Shown: in pieces, positions 1 to 9,765 of the stretch
How the letters are laid out: the number at the start of each line of letters is the position of its first letter
Position numbering within the stretch: position 1 is the stretch's first letter
Assembly (NCBI GenBank): GCA_965221775.1
Contig: CBDCSU010000006.1
Coordinates: 672,001 to 736,000 of the forward strand
Direction: 5' to 3'
DNA length: 64,000 bases
Source: Candidatus Latescibacterota bacterium
GTDB taxonomy: Bacteria > Latescibacterota > UBA2968 > UBA8231
The notes under the pieces: generated by a model
Databases searched by the model: none
The model's input: only the letters and a program-made list of their open reading frames with translations
What the model was told of the DNA's origin: nothing
Position numbers and translations under genes: made by a program

Positions 1-52
1 GACCTCGTGGCGTTATTCGGAGCGGATCCTCCTCAACCCCGGAGGCTGCACC

Positions 53-223
53 ATGAAGAATGAGTTCACGGCGATCATCGAAGAGGACGGGGACTGGTTC
101 ATCGCCTGGTGCCCCGAGATCCCCGGGGCCAACGGTCAAGGCCGAACCAGGGACGAAGTGCGCGCGAACCTGGCCGAGGCCATTTCGCTCATCCTCGAAG
201 ACCGTCGGTCCGCGCCCCACTGA
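53..223 (+). CDS. HicB-family (UPF0150) antitoxin-like protein, 56 aa, possibly C-terminally shortened
   Basis: Manual translation MKNEFTAIIEEDGDWFIAWCPEIPGANGQGRTRDEVRANLAEAISLILEDRRSAPH; GGAGG RBS upstream; CPEIPG..GQGRT..E...NL.EAI pattern of HicB. Below the ORF-track length cutoff. Confidence 0.8.
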   Translation: MKNEFTAIIEEDGDWFIAWCPEIPGANGQGRTRDEVRANLAEAISLILEDRRSAPH

Positions 224-283
224 AGTCTGCCGCGGCCTGTCGGTGCCCGAGGTCGGGGTCCGATAGTCGCGGCCGCCAGGCGC

Positions 284-1222
284 TCACAACTCCACCCTCT
301 CGATCGGTCCGAAGACCTCCGCCAGGACCCGCCCCACCGCCTCCCGCTCCTCGGGGGTGGCCTCTGCCCAGGTGCCGCCGAGGCGGTCCGAGGGCTGCAG
401 GCCGTGCAGGAACAGGGCGGTCTTGATCGCCCGCAGCCAGCCGATCTCCACGGCCGCCGCCAGCCAGCGGTCCTCCCAGCGGGCCACCGCCCGCCAGGCG
501 CCGTCGTAGTCGCCTCTCGTGAGGGTGTCGTGGAAGGCCAGGGCCACGTCCGGGCGGAAGGGGGCGGCGGTGCACAGGTACCCGGCGGAGCCCAGTTGGT
601 GGCCGAGGACGAAGTTGCGCATCTGGCCGCCGCTGAGGACGGCGAACTCCTCGTCCTTCGTGGCCCGGCACAGGTCGTAGTAGTCGTAGAAGGGGTGGTC
701 GTCGTTCTTCAGGCCCACGACGCGCTCCCGCCCGGCCATCTCCGCCACCAGCTCCACGGGCAGCGACGGCCCGCCGCCGCTGTTCAGCCACAGGAGCAAG
801 GGGATCGTCGAGCCCGCACCGGCCTCGTCGAAGTAGGCGCGCAGCAGCTCCGCCTTGCGGTCCCCGGCGCCGGAGAGGCCCCACGGGTTGATCTGCACCT
901 TCACGGCGTCGGCGCCGACCTCCTGGGCGTGGCGCAGGAAGGGGGCGCAGACCTTGGCCGGCCAGAAGGCGGAGGAGGTGACGAAGCAGGCGCGCCCGGC
1001 GACGCTCTCGGCGATCACTGCCGTGAGCCGGTAGACGTCGTCGTCGGAGAGCCAGGCGTACTCGCTGCTGCCGTAGGTGAGCAGCAGCACCGGCACCCCC
1101 CGGGCGCACAGCCAGTCGGCGTAGCGGCCCATGGCCGGCAGGTCGACCTCGCCGGCGGCGGTGAAGCAGACGTTCAGCGGGACGACGGGTCCGCGCAGGC
1201 GTTCGGCGACGCTGGGTGCCAT
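284..1222 (-). CDS. Dihydrodipicolinate synthase/N-acetylneuraminate lyase family protein
   Basis: GPVVPLNVCF..GEVD N-terminus, YGSSE, GADAV, Schiff-base Lys in VVGLKND. Confidence 0.85.
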   Translation of the reverse strand: MAPSVAERLRGPVVPLNVCFTAAGEVDLPAMGRYADWLCARGVPVLLLTYGSSEYAWLSDDDVYRLTAVIAESVAGRACFVTSSAFWPAKVCAPFLRHAQEVGADAVKVQINPWGLSGAGDRKAELLRAYFDEAGAGSTIPLLLWLNSGGGPSLPVELVAEMAGRERVVGLKNDDHPFYDYYDLCRATKDEEFAVLSGGQMRNFVLGHQLGSAGYLCTAAPFRPDVALAFHDTLTRGDYDGAWRAVARWEDRWLAAAVEIGWLRAIKTALFLHGLQPSDRLGGTWAEATPEEREAVGRVLAEVFGPIERVEL

Positions 1223-1250
1223 GATCTCGCTCCTGGGTTGGTGTTGGTTC

Positions 1251-1448
1251 GGCCGGGTCCGCGCCGGCTGGCGCGAGTTGGGAATTGCGCGACTCAGCGG
1301 CGTGCGTGTGATCCGGAGTCCCGGCGGGCGCTCAGGGCCTCTCGCCGAGCGATTCGGTAGATGCGTGACTCGGCGGCGCGCTTCCGGGAGCCGGGATCCG
1401 GCTGGCGCTCAGGGTCCCCGCGCCGGCTGGCGAGCCGGAGGAAGTTGC
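1251..1448. repeat. Degenerate ~75-85 bp direct repeat in intergenic region
   Basis: GCGCCGGCTGGCG at ~1261 and ~1418; G(C/T)GACTC(A/G)GCGGCG at ~1289 and ~1365; GGCGCTCAGGG at ~1327 and ~1403. Confidence 0.35.
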
Positions 1449-1521
1449 CAGCGGCGCCCGTGCGATCGGGGACCCCCCGGCGCACCGATGGCGTCCGGCT
1501 CGGCCCAACGCGGAGCCGGCC

Positions 1522-2925
1522 TCAGCCGGCCCACTCCATCTGTTGCCAGAACTCGGCGCCCTGCCCCTCCTGGTCGTCGCCGAGGTCGCGCCGCCACGCG
1601 GTCAACTCCCGCCGGAGACCGGCCACCACCTCCGCCCGGGCCGGATCGCCGCACAGGTCCCGGGTCTCGAAGGGATCGTCCGCCACGTCGAAGAGCTGCG
1701 TATGCCGCTGCCCCGCGGCGGCGGTCTCGATGAGCTTGTTCCCCGCCGCGTCGCGGACTCCCCGCATGAAGTGGCGGTAGGCGAAGAGGGCGTGATCGCG
1801 CACGGCGGCGCTGCCGTCGGCCAGACAGGGCGCCAGGCTGGGGGCCTCCACCGAGCCGGGCCTGTCGACGCCGGTCAGGTCGCACAGGGTCGGGAAGATG
1901 TCGGTGAGGCAGGCCAGGGCCGACCGCCGCTCCCCCGCGGGAACGCCGGGGCCGGCGAAGATCAGGGGCACCCGCACCGAGTGCTCGTAGAGGCTCTGCT
2001 TGCCCATGAGCCCGTGCTGGCCCACGGCGAGGCCGTTGTCGCCGGCGAAGACGACCACCGTGTCCTCGGCCAGGCCGGCGCGCTCGAGCTGATGGAGGAC
2101 GCGGCCCACGTGCGCGTCGATGTGGCTGATCATGGCGTAGTAGGCGGCCAGGTGCCCGCGGACCTCGTCCTCGCCGCGCGGGAAACCCGCCAGCAGCTCG
2201 TCGCGGACGAGCAGCTCGCCGTTGTCGAAGGGGTGCTCCGGCCGGAAGCTGGGCGGCAGCTCGACCTCGCCGGGCGGGTACATCTCGAGGAACTCCGGCG
2301 GCATGGTGCGCGGGTCGTGGGGCGCCAGGAAGGAGAGGTAGGCGAAGAACGGGGCGTCCCCGGGGCGCCGGCTGCGCAGGAAGTGGATGACGGCGTCGGA
2401 GAACAGCTCGGTGGAGTGGACGCCGGGGCGCATGTGGTCCCCCCGGCGCCGCGAGACGGACTGGGCCCGGAAGTCCGTGGTCTGGGGCATGTGCCCCTCG
2501 TAGCGGCCGGAGGGATCGAACTGGAAGACCGGCACGTTCCAGTGGTCGCCCATGCCGCCGAAGTAGATCTCGGCCCCGTGGGAGAAGGAGCGGACGAAGG
2601 GCTCCGTCGAGTTGTGCCACTTCCCGGTCCCGAAGGTGTCGTACCCGGCCCGACGCAGGCTCTCGCCGAGCATGGCGTGATCGGAGGGGATCGTCTGGCC
2701 CTCGCCCTGGATGCGGTAGAGGGACCGACCCGTGTGCAGCATGGCGCGGCTGGGCATGCACACGGCCTGGCGGGAGCCGCCCATGATGTAGGCGTCGGTG
2801 AAGGCGGTCCCCGAGGCGCAGAGACGGTCGAGATGGGGGGTGATGACGGGACCGCCCAGGGCGCCGATCGTGTCGAAGCGCTGGTCGTCGGTGAAGAACA
2901 GGAGGATGTTGGGGCGGTCGGTCAT
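1522..2925 (-). CDS. Sulfatase (formylglycine-dependent, choline-sulfatase-like)
   Basis: RPNILLFFTDDQ, CMPSR (CxPxR), GKWH, APHDP, GDNG..GQHGLMGKQ motifs. Confidence 0.93.
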   Translation of the reverse strand: MTDRPNILLFFTDDQRFDTIGALGGPVITPHLDRLCASGTAFTDAYIMGGSRQAVCMPSRAMLHTGRSLYRIQGEGQTIPSDHAMLGESLRRAGYDTFGTGKWHNSTEPFVRSFSHGAEIYFGGMGDHWNVPVFQFDPSGRYEGHMPQTTDFRAQSVSRRRGDHMRPGVHSTELFSDAVIHFLRSRRPGDAPFFAYLSFLAPHDPRTMPPEFLEMYPPGEVELPPSFRPEHPFDNGELLVRDELLAGFPRGEDEVRGHLAAYYAMISHIDAHVGRVLHQLERAGLAEDTVVVFAGDNGLAVGQHGLMGKQSLYEHSVRVPLIFAGPGVPAGERRSALACLTDIFPTLCDLTGVDRPGSVEAPSLAPCLADGSAAVRDHALFAYRHFMRGVRDAAGNKLIETAAAGQRHTQLFDVADDPFETRDLCGDPARAEVVAGLRRELTAWRRDLGDDQEGQGAEFWQQMEWAG

Positions 2926-2963
2926 GGCGAGTATGTTTCCGGCTGGCGAAAGGTAGAGAGAGG

Positions 2964-3833
2964 ATGGAGCGCAGGCGATTCGGAAGCACCGACCTGGAGC
3001 TGAGCGTCATGGGCCTCGGCGGGCTGCTGGCCCGCTTCGAGGGCGCCGAGGGCCACCCGCCCCCGGAGGAGAAGCGCGCCATCTACCTGAGGGCCGCCGA
3101 GCTCGGCGTCAACCTCTTCGACATGGGCTACGGCGACGAGGTGCACATCCCCGACGAGCTGAAAGGCCCCGGCGGCGACCACCACTTCTCGCTCAAGGTG
3201 GGCGACCCCGACCCGGCGACCCTGGCCCGGGTTGTGGAGGGCCACCTGGGCAACGTGCGCCGCGAGGCGATCGACATCCTGCGCGTCCATTGCCGCTCCT
3301 GGGTGACGAACCCCGCCGTGCGCGAGGCCACCGACGCCCTGAGACAGGCCGGCAAGGTGCGGGCCCTCTGCCTGATCCGCCACCACGAGGTCGACCAGGA
3401 GGCCTATGCGGAGCGCGGGCCCGAGCCGGAGGCCGAGGGCGACCTGGTGATCTACAACTACGTCCGCCGCACCCAGGAGCCCGGCCTGGCGCTCTCCCGG
3501 GCGGCGGGCAAGGGCGTGCTGATCATGAAGGCCCTGGGCGGCCAGTGGCTGCCCTGGGAGGCCCAGACGCGCACCGACTGGTCCACCGCCGACCGCGAGG
3601 AGGTGATCCGCCTGGCGCCGCGGGGCGAGCCGACGCGGGCCGACCTCGACCTGATCTACCCCATCGTCAACGGGCCCTGGCACGAGTTGTGCGAGCCGGG
3701 CGAGGTGGCGCCGCCCACGAACCGCGCCATCGGCTGGGTCCAGCAGCACCCCGCCGTGACCTGCGTGCTCGTCGCCTTCGCCAGTGTCGCCGAGCTCGAG
3801 GAGGGCGTCGGCGTGGGCGTGGAGGTCGTCTGA
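2964..3833 (+). CDS. Aldo/keto reductase family protein (divergent)
   Basis: MERRRFGSTDLELSVMGLGG start, GVNLFDMGY, IDILRVH, GKVRA, HPAVTCVLV. Confidence 0.8.
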   Translation: MERRRFGSTDLELSVMGLGGLLARFEGAEGHPPPEEKRAIYLRAAELGVNLFDMGYGDEVHIPDELKGPGGDHHFSLKVGDPDPATLARVVEGHLGNVRREAIDILRVHCRSWVTNPAVREATDALRQAGKVRALCLIRHHEVDQEAYAERGPEPEAEGDLVIYNYVRRTQEPGLALSRAAGKGVLIMKALGGQWLPWEAQTRTDWSTADREEVIRLAPRGEPTRADLDLIYPIVNGPWHELCEPGEVAPPTNRAIGWVQQHPAVTCVLVAFASVAELEEGVGVGVEVV

Positions 3834-4744
3834 TGGCGCGCTTCGAGGGGCTGTGGCCGGTGATGCTCACCGCCTTCCGCGACGACGGCTCCGTCGACGA
3901 CGACGGGGTCGACGCCCTCGTCGACTTCTACATCGACGGTGGCTCGAAGGGCCTCTTCGCGGTCTGCCAGTCGAGCGAGATGTACCGCCTCTCCGACGAC
4001 GAGCGGCTGGCCCTGGCGGCGCGGGTGGTGGCGCGCGCCGGCGGCCGGGTGCCGGTGGTGGCCACCGGCACTTTCGGCGGCCCCGTGGCTGCCCAGGCCG
4101 AATTCGTGCGCCGCATGGCGGGGACCGGCGTCGACGCGGTGGTGGTGCTGACGAACCAGCTGTGCCCGCAAGAGGCCGGCGAGCCGGTGCTGCTGGCCGC
4201 GCTGGAGCAGCTCGTCGAGGCCACAGATCCGCTCCCCCTCGGCCTCTACGAGTGCCCGGAGCCCTGCCACCGCGTGACCTCGCCGGGCTTGGTGGCCCGG
4301 GCGGCGGCCAGCGGCCGCTTCCGCTACATGAAGGACACCTCGCGCGACCCCGCCCTCTTCGGTCCCAAGGCCGAGGCCGCCGCCGCCGACCCGGGGTTCG
4401 CCATGTTCAACGCCGCCGCCGCCTCGGCCCTGGCGTCGCTGCGGCTCGGCGCCGCCGGCCTGTCGCCGGTGGCCGCCAACGTCTACCCGGATCTGTTCGC
4501 GTGGCTGTGCGACAACCCCGGCCACGAGAAAGCGGCCTGGGTGCAGCGGCGGCTGACGCTGTTGGATTCGGTGGTGAAACTGAAATACCCGCAGTCGGCC
4601 AAGCACTACCTGGCCCGCGAGGGTCTGCCCATCGGCCCGCGGACGCGGGTCGGCGAGCACTCCCGCGACGGGTACGACGAGTTGATCCACGACGCCCTGC
4701 GCCAGACCGTCTCCGAAGTGCGGGCCGAGCTCGGCCTGGCCTGA
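3833..4744 (+). CDS. Dihydrodipicolinate synthase family protein
   Basis: ATG overlaps upstream TGA; GLWPVMLTAF, AVCQSSEM, GLYECP, YMKDTS. Confidence 0.88.
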   Translation: MARFEGLWPVMLTAFRDDGSVDDDGVDALVDFYIDGGSKGLFAVCQSSEMYRLSDDERLALAARVVARAGGRVPVVATGTFGGPVAAQAEFVRRMAGTGVDAVVVLTNQLCPQEAGEPVLLAALEQLVEATDPLPLGLYECPEPCHRVTSPGLVARAAASGRFRYMKDTSRDPALFGPKAEAAAADPGFAMFNAAAASALASLRLGAAGLSPVAANVYPDLFAWLCDNPGHEKAAWVQRRLTLLDSVVKLKYPQSAKHYLAREGLPIGPRTRVGEHSRDGYDELIHDALRQTVSEVRAELGLA

Positions 4745-4750
4745 GCCCCC

Positions 4751-5710
4751 TCAGCGCGCCTCACCCCCCGGCTCCGGGGGCGGCTGCAACTCCGCGAGGA
4801 ACTCTTCCAGCTCCTCCCAGATCCCCCCGGGCAGCTCCGCGGTGGCGTGGCCCAGGCAGGACTCCACCTCCGCCGCCGTCCGCGGTCCCACCAGGGTGGC
4901 GTCGATGCGGGGTTCCCGCAGGCTGAACTGCACGGCCGCGGCGCCCACGTCGAGATCTCTCTCCGCGCACCAGGCGGCGATCTGCCGGGCCCGTGCCACG
5001 TCCGCGTGCTCCGGCCTCCACCGGCGCGCCTCCCGGACCAGGTCGACGCCGGCGAGCAGGCCCGACTGGTAGGGGGAGCCGTTGATCACGCCCACGCCGG
5101 CCTCGGCGGCCTCGGCCAGCAGCGGCGCCGCCGACCTCCGGATGAGGTGGTAGTCGTACGAGGGCAGGATCACGTCGGCGCGGCCCGACTCCATGGCGCG
5201 GCGCAGGAAGCGGTGCGGGCGGACGCCGAGGCCGATGGCGCGGATCTCGCCGGCCGCCTTCAGTTCCTCCAGGGCGTCGAAGGCGCCCCCGGGGCCGAGG
5301 ATGGTGTCGATGTGCTCGTCGCTGGCGGGGTCGTGGACCAGGACCACGTCGACGGCGCCGAGCAGCTCGCGGCTGCCCTCGAAGCACCAGCGCACGTCGT
5401 CGGCCCCGTAGGCGTAGCGGCGCTCGGGATGGGTGCCCACCTTGGTCGACACGGTGAGGCCGGCGCGCACCCCCGGGTCGAGGGCCGCCAGCCCGGCGGC
5501 GAGATGGCGCTCGGAGAAGCCGTCGCCGTAGGCCGGCGAGGTGTCGAAGTAGCGCACCCCCAACTCGACGGCGCGCCTCACCGCCTCGACGCCGACCTCC
5601 TCGCACTGCGCCGGTGTCGCCTCCGGGTCCAGGAGCAGGCCGAGGAAGCCGCCCACGCCGAGGTTGGTGACCTCGATGCCGGTGCGGCCCAGAGTCTTCC
5701 TGGGCAGCAC
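4751..5710 (-). CDS. Aldo/keto reductase (D-threo-aldose 1-dehydrogenase-like)
   Basis: LGRTGIEV, YFDTSPAYG, STKVG, VLVHDP catalytic tetrad. Confidence 0.9.
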   Translation of the reverse strand: MLPRKTLGRTGIEVTNLGVGGFLGLLLDPEATPAQCEEVGVEAVRRAVELGVRYFDTSPAYGDGFSERHLAAGLAALDPGVRAGLTVSTKVGTHPERRYAYGADDVRWCFEGSRELLGAVDVVLVHDPASDEHIDTILGPGGAFDALEELKAAGEIRAIGLGVRPHRFLRRAMESGRADVILPSYDYHLIRRSAAPLLAEAAEAGVGVINGSPYQSGLLAGVDLVREARRWRPEHADVARARQIAAWCAERDLDVGAAAVQFSLREPRIDATLVGPRTAAEVESCLGHATAELPGGIWEELEEFLAELQPPPEPGGEAR

Positions 5711-5714
5711 GGGA

Positions 5715-6800
5715 TCAGTCCTGCTCGACGGAGGCGGCGACGATGTTGGAGACCCGGCGCAGCAGGGCGCCGCCGTCGACCATCTGGTTGGTCAGACAGA
5801 CGCAGATCAGCCCCGAGTCGGGGTCGGCCCAGGCGACGGTGCCGGTGGCGCCCACGTGGCCGAAGGTGCGCGCCGAGACCTGCTCGCCGAAGTAGGCCCA
5901 CGACTTCGAGTCGCGCAGGGCCCAGCCCAGGCCCCAGGGGGACTCGAGATGGGGCGGGTTCTGGTCGCGGACCATGGCCGCGGCGGCGGCGCGGCTGAAG
6001 ACGCGGGCGCCCCCGTATTCCCCGCCGTCGAGCATGCACTGCAGCAGCGCCGCGAGATCGGGCCCGGTGGAGTGCATGCCGCCCCAGGGACAGCCGAAGT
6101 CGCGCCAGTACGGGGAGTTCGGCCCGAAGCGGCGGCCGTCGGCGTCGAGCTCCATGGAGGTGCCGCACCAGACCGTATCCTCGATGGCGTAGTCCCCCAG
6201 GCCGAGGCAGCTGCGCCCCATGCCCAGGGGCTCGAAGATCTCCCGGCGCTCGAAGTCGCGCAGGCCTTCGCCGGTGACGCGCTCGACGATCTCGGCGGCC
6301 AGCAGGATGCCCTTGCTCTGGTAGCGGAAGGCGGTGCGCGGCCGGAAGAGCAGCCTGGCGTGGACGGCGCCGTCCACGAACTCGGCCATGGTCGCGTGGC
6401 GGCGGCGCAGCAGCGTGTTCTGCGGCAGCATGTCGGGCAGGCCGGAGACGTGGGAGAGGACGTCGCGCACGCGGATGCGGGCCTTGTCCCAGCCGCGGAA
6501 CTCGGGGACGTGGAGCTGCACGGGGTCGTCGAGGGAGAGCCGCCCGCGGTCGACGAGAAGCATGACGGCGCAGGCGGTGACCGGCTTGGTGATGGAAGCC
6601 AGGAGGAAGGTGGAGTCCGCCTCCACGGCAGGGGCGCCCGGCTCCGGACGCAGGGTGCCGAAGCCGCGGGAGAGCACGAGGCGTCCGTGGCGGGCGACGG
6701 TGAGGCTGGCGGCGGTGACGCGGCCGGCGGCGACGCTGTCGGAGAGCAGGCCGGCGGCCCGGCCGAGGACGTCGGCGGAGAGGGTGGTCATCGGCATCAT
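5715..6800 (-). CDS. Serine hydrolase, beta-lactamase (class C/esterase) family
   Basis: ASITK (SxxK), LSHVSGL, FRYQS, FGHVGATG. Confidence 0.9.
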   Translation of the reverse strand: MMPMTTLSADVLGRAAGLLSDSVAAGRVTAASLTVARHGRLVLSRGFGTLRPEPGAPAVEADSTFLLASITKPVTACAVMLLVDRGRLSLDDPVQLHVPEFRGWDKARIRVRDVLSHVSGLPDMLPQNTLLRRRHATMAEFVDGAVHARLLFRPRTAFRYQSKGILLAAEIVERVTGEGLRDFERREIFEPLGMGRSCLGLGDYAIEDTVWCGTSMELDADGRRFGPNSPYWRDFGCPWGGMHSTGPDLAALLQCMLDGGEYGGARVFSRAAAAAMVRDQNPPHLESPWGLGWALRDSKSWAYFGEQVSARTFGHVGATGTVAWADPDSGLICVCLTNQMVDGGALLRRVSNIVAASVEQD

Positions 6801-6871
6801 CCCTTCGGGTTTCCCGAAGAGATAGGTGCGCCGGCCCGCGGGAACAACCCGGCAGCCGACGGTGCGATGCC

Positions 6872-7918
6872 TCAGGGCGGTGGCTTGTGGACGCTCCCCC
6901 CGCAGGATTCGCGCACGATCAGGCGGGACTTGAGGACGGTCTCACGGCGCGTCTCCTCTCCCCGGAGCTTGGCCAGCATCAGTTCCATCGCCGCCTCGGC
7001 CAGTTCCTCATGGGGGATCTCGATCGTCGTCAGCGCCGGTTTGAGATACGCCGCCGCCCCGATATCCCCGCTCCCGATGACGGCTACATCCTCGGGAATG
7101 CCGAACCCCGCTTCCCGGAGCGCTCGACAGGCGCAGAGGGCCGTGTAGTCGTTGCGGCACACGAGGGCGGTGAACCGGTCGCCGAGAGACCTCCCCAGAC
7201 GGGAGGTAGGCATGGCGGGAAAGGTCTGTCCGGGTATGCGGTGGGGAGTGAGGCGATGCTTGCGCATCGCCTGCCAGTACCCCTTGGCCTTGGCGGAGCC
7301 CGTATTGTCCCGGTCCCACCTCGCTCCGATGAACCCGACCTGCTGGTGGCCCAGACGGATCAAGTGCTCCGTGGCCTCGTAGAATCCCGCCCTCTCGTCC
7401 AGCACGACACCACTCAGGTCCGGCATCGGGTGATGGAACGTCACCACCGGAACCCGTCCCCCCACGGCGCTCAGAATGCGCGCCCCCTCTCCTTCTTCTC
7501 CCCTGGTATGGATGAACAGACCGTCCACCCGCCGGGAGAGGAGCTGCTTGATCTGCCGAACGTCGGCGTTGCCGTGCTTCCCGGGAACACACATGGCGAT
7601 CAGCACCTGGTACCGCTGTCTTTCGGCCGCTCTCAGAATGTGATCGGCCTGGGGGCCGAAGGGCTCCCGCGAGATCTCGTAGGTGAGCAGGCCCATGGTG
7701 CTCGTCCGGCCCTTGACGATCCCCTGGGCGATCAGATTGGGATTGTAGTCCATGTCGGCAGCTACCCTCTTCACCAGTTTTCTGGTCTTGGCCGCCACCA
7801 GTGCCGACACCTTCGGATCCTGGGAGAGAGCCCGCGAGACGGTGGAGTACGAGATCCCGGACTCCCGCGCGATATCCTTGATGGTGACTTGCTTCTTTCC
7901 CGTCTGCTTCGATTCCAT
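6872..7918 (-). CDS. LacI-family transcriptional regulator
   Basis: VTIKDIARESGISYSTVSRAL HTH, YNPNLIAQG hinge, IPEDVAVIG, PALTTI, LIVRESC; start taken at MESKQ. Confidence 0.93.
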   Translation of the reverse strand: MESKQTGKKQVTIKDIARESGISYSTVSRALSQDPKVSALVAAKTRKLVKRVAADMDYNPNLIAQGIVKGRTSTMGLLTYEISREPFGPQADHILRAAERQRYQVLIAMCVPGKHGNADVRQIKQLLSRRVDGLFIHTRGEEGEGARILSAVGGRVPVVTFHHPMPDLSGVVLDERAGFYEATEHLIRLGHQQVGFIGARWDRDNTGSAKAKGYWQAMRKHRLTPHRIPGQTFPAMPTSRLGRSLGDRFTALVCRNDYTALCACRALREAGFGIPEDVAVIGSGDIGAAAYLKPALTTIEIPHEELAEAAMELMLAKLRGEETRRETVLKSRLIVRESCGGSVHKPPP

Positions 7919-8107
7919 TGGTCTCTGCCCGGAAGCCGGAACCTGCGCACCCGCCCTTGTCCCCAAGGGCTCAACTCGGGTTCCAAGGAACTAGGGGCCC
8001 GCCTATGGATGTCAAGGAACCGCCGCCCCACCCTCGGCAGAGGCGGCCGTCGATGTCCGTGGATCGCCGCGGCACCTGCCCCCCCGTCCCTTTCGCGGAT
8101 GGATGGG

Positions 8108-8523
8108 TGCCATCGTTTGCAGAGGGAAGCTGTTTCCGGAGGACCGTCTGGCCTCTCTTCCCGTCTGTCATCCGCCCTGTGAACGGAGGGCATACGATCG
8201 TTTGCACTCCCGTGCCGGCGCCGGGGCTCTCGCATACTCCTCACTCCCCTCGGGTCCCGTCGGTGCTATCGTTTGCACCTTTTTCCTTCCTCGCCGCCCT
8301 TTGCGTTGCGTGACCATTGCTCTCGGTACTGGAGACCTTGGGAGGAAACGATCCATGAACCAGCCCATGGGCTCCGCCCACGCGGACAGGCTCTGACTCA
8401 TCTCCCAGTTGTTCAACGGCGTCCTTCAGTCGATCCTGCCGCGGTCCCTGCTGTGCTGATCTGCTGTCGCCTGAGCGGTGTCCGTGCTCCAGCGGTCTCT
8501 ACCATGGCCTTGACGCGTTTGCA
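8108..8523. promoter_or_regulatory. Cluster of four LacI-type operator-like sites
   Basis: TGCCATCGTTTGCA (8108-8121), TACGATCGTTTGCA (8193-8206), GGTGCTATCGTTTGCACC (8262-8279), TTGACGCGTTTGCA (8510-8523); central-CG palindromes upstream of the lacI gene. Confidence 0.65.
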
Positions 8524-9029
8524 GGACATCAGAGCCTGCATCTTTTTGCGCTCCCTATCCAGAGGTGCCCACGGAGCCGAACTCTCCTTGGCCGTCTCAC
8601 CGGCCCCATTGAGGTCGTTGCTGTTGCTCCAATGACTGCGGGACCTCCTCGACAAGCTGGCCGCATGCTTCCTTCCGGCTCTTTGCCCTGGATGAGACTG
8701 CTCCTGGTCTGGACAGGCCTTCCGTTGCTTCGGTCACGTCCGAAACCCCTTCCCCTTGGCAACCCCTAGCCCAAGATACCCGGCTCCCCTAACCCCCGCA
8801 ATGAGCAGGGCCATCCGGTCATTTCGATGGACACCAGGAATTGGAACTGCACGATCCGGCCGACCGCGGAACACCGGGACGCACCATCTGCCTGGTGATG
8901 GAATCCCAAGGGAGTGCAACCGCCTGTCGGCACCCATCGGTCCTGCCGGCGGGCTCCTGACGAAGGATCCTCCCCGCGGCTATATTCAGTCGGCAGGGAC
9001 AGTACCGACCCACCGACGGGAGTCGAGCC

Positions 9030-9755
9030 TTGGAAGGGCTGGATCAGCGGCTGGACCAGCTGGAGCGCGACGGATTCCTCCTCCTGGAGGGCGTCCTCAC
9101 GCCGCAGGAGACGGACCACGTGCGGCGGCGCATCGACCACGCCCGCGAGCAGGGCTGGGAGGAGGGCCTGAACGAGGTCGGCAACATGTGGTTCGACACC
9201 CTCCTCGACCGCGAGCCGGAGAGCTTCGCCCCCCTGGTGGCGCATCCCGGCCTGCGCCCCGTGCTCGAAGGCATGATGGGGCCCCAGTGCCAGTTGCGCA
9301 GCTTCCGGGCCCACATCAATCCCGGGGCCTACGTGCAGGAATGGCACATGGACTTCTACGGCTACTGGCGGGAGCGGCGGCGGCTGGGGGCGCGGCTGGC
9401 GGTTCCGCCGGCGGGCCTGAACACCACCTTCTACCTGCAGGACAACGACCCGGGCGAGGGGCACCTCAAGTTCATCCGGAACGGCCACCTCGCGGAGCCG
9501 CCCCACCTGGAGCCGATGGACCGGCCTAAGTTCGAGGCCTGGTGCGAGGCGCAGGAGCACGTGGTCCTCTATCCGAAGGCCGGCGACTGCGTCGTCTTTC
9601 TGAGCCACATCCCCCACCAGGGAGCCAAGGAGCGCGACGACATGGAGCGCTCCAACGTGGTCTGCCACTACCAGGTGACGCCGATGCACGAGAGCGTCTG
9701 GTTCGTGTCGCGGCCCCGGGGCTACCTGGGCACCTTCCCCCTGGCCCACAGTTGA
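9030..9755 (+). CDS. Phytanoyl-CoA dioxygenase (PhyH) family Fe(II)/2OG oxygenase
   Basis: LERDGFLLLEGVL, WHMD (HxD), KAGDCVVF..IPH. Confidence 0.85.
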   Translation: MEGLDQRLDQLERDGFLLLEGVLTPQETDHVRRRIDHAREQGWEEGLNEVGNMWFDTLLDREPESFAPLVAHPGLRPVLEGMMGPQCQLRSFRAHINPGAYVQEWHMDFYGYWRERRRLGARLAVPPAGLNTTFYLQDNDPGEGHLKFIRNGHLAEPPHLEPMDRPKFEAWCEAQEHVVLYPKAGDCVVFLSHIPHQGAKERDDMERSNVVCHYQVTPMHESVWFVSRPRGYLGTFPLAHS

Positions 9756-9765
9756 GGAGCGAACC

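Noticed and set aside
3678-3692. TGGCACGAGTTGTGC sigma54-like site (and TGGCACG at 63340)
   Set aside because: Both lie inside coding sequence with imperfect or absent -12 TTGC and no enhancer dyad.
284-4744. Assigning dapA to either DHDPS-like gene
   Set aside because: GTTGE motif is altered and the context is catabolic.
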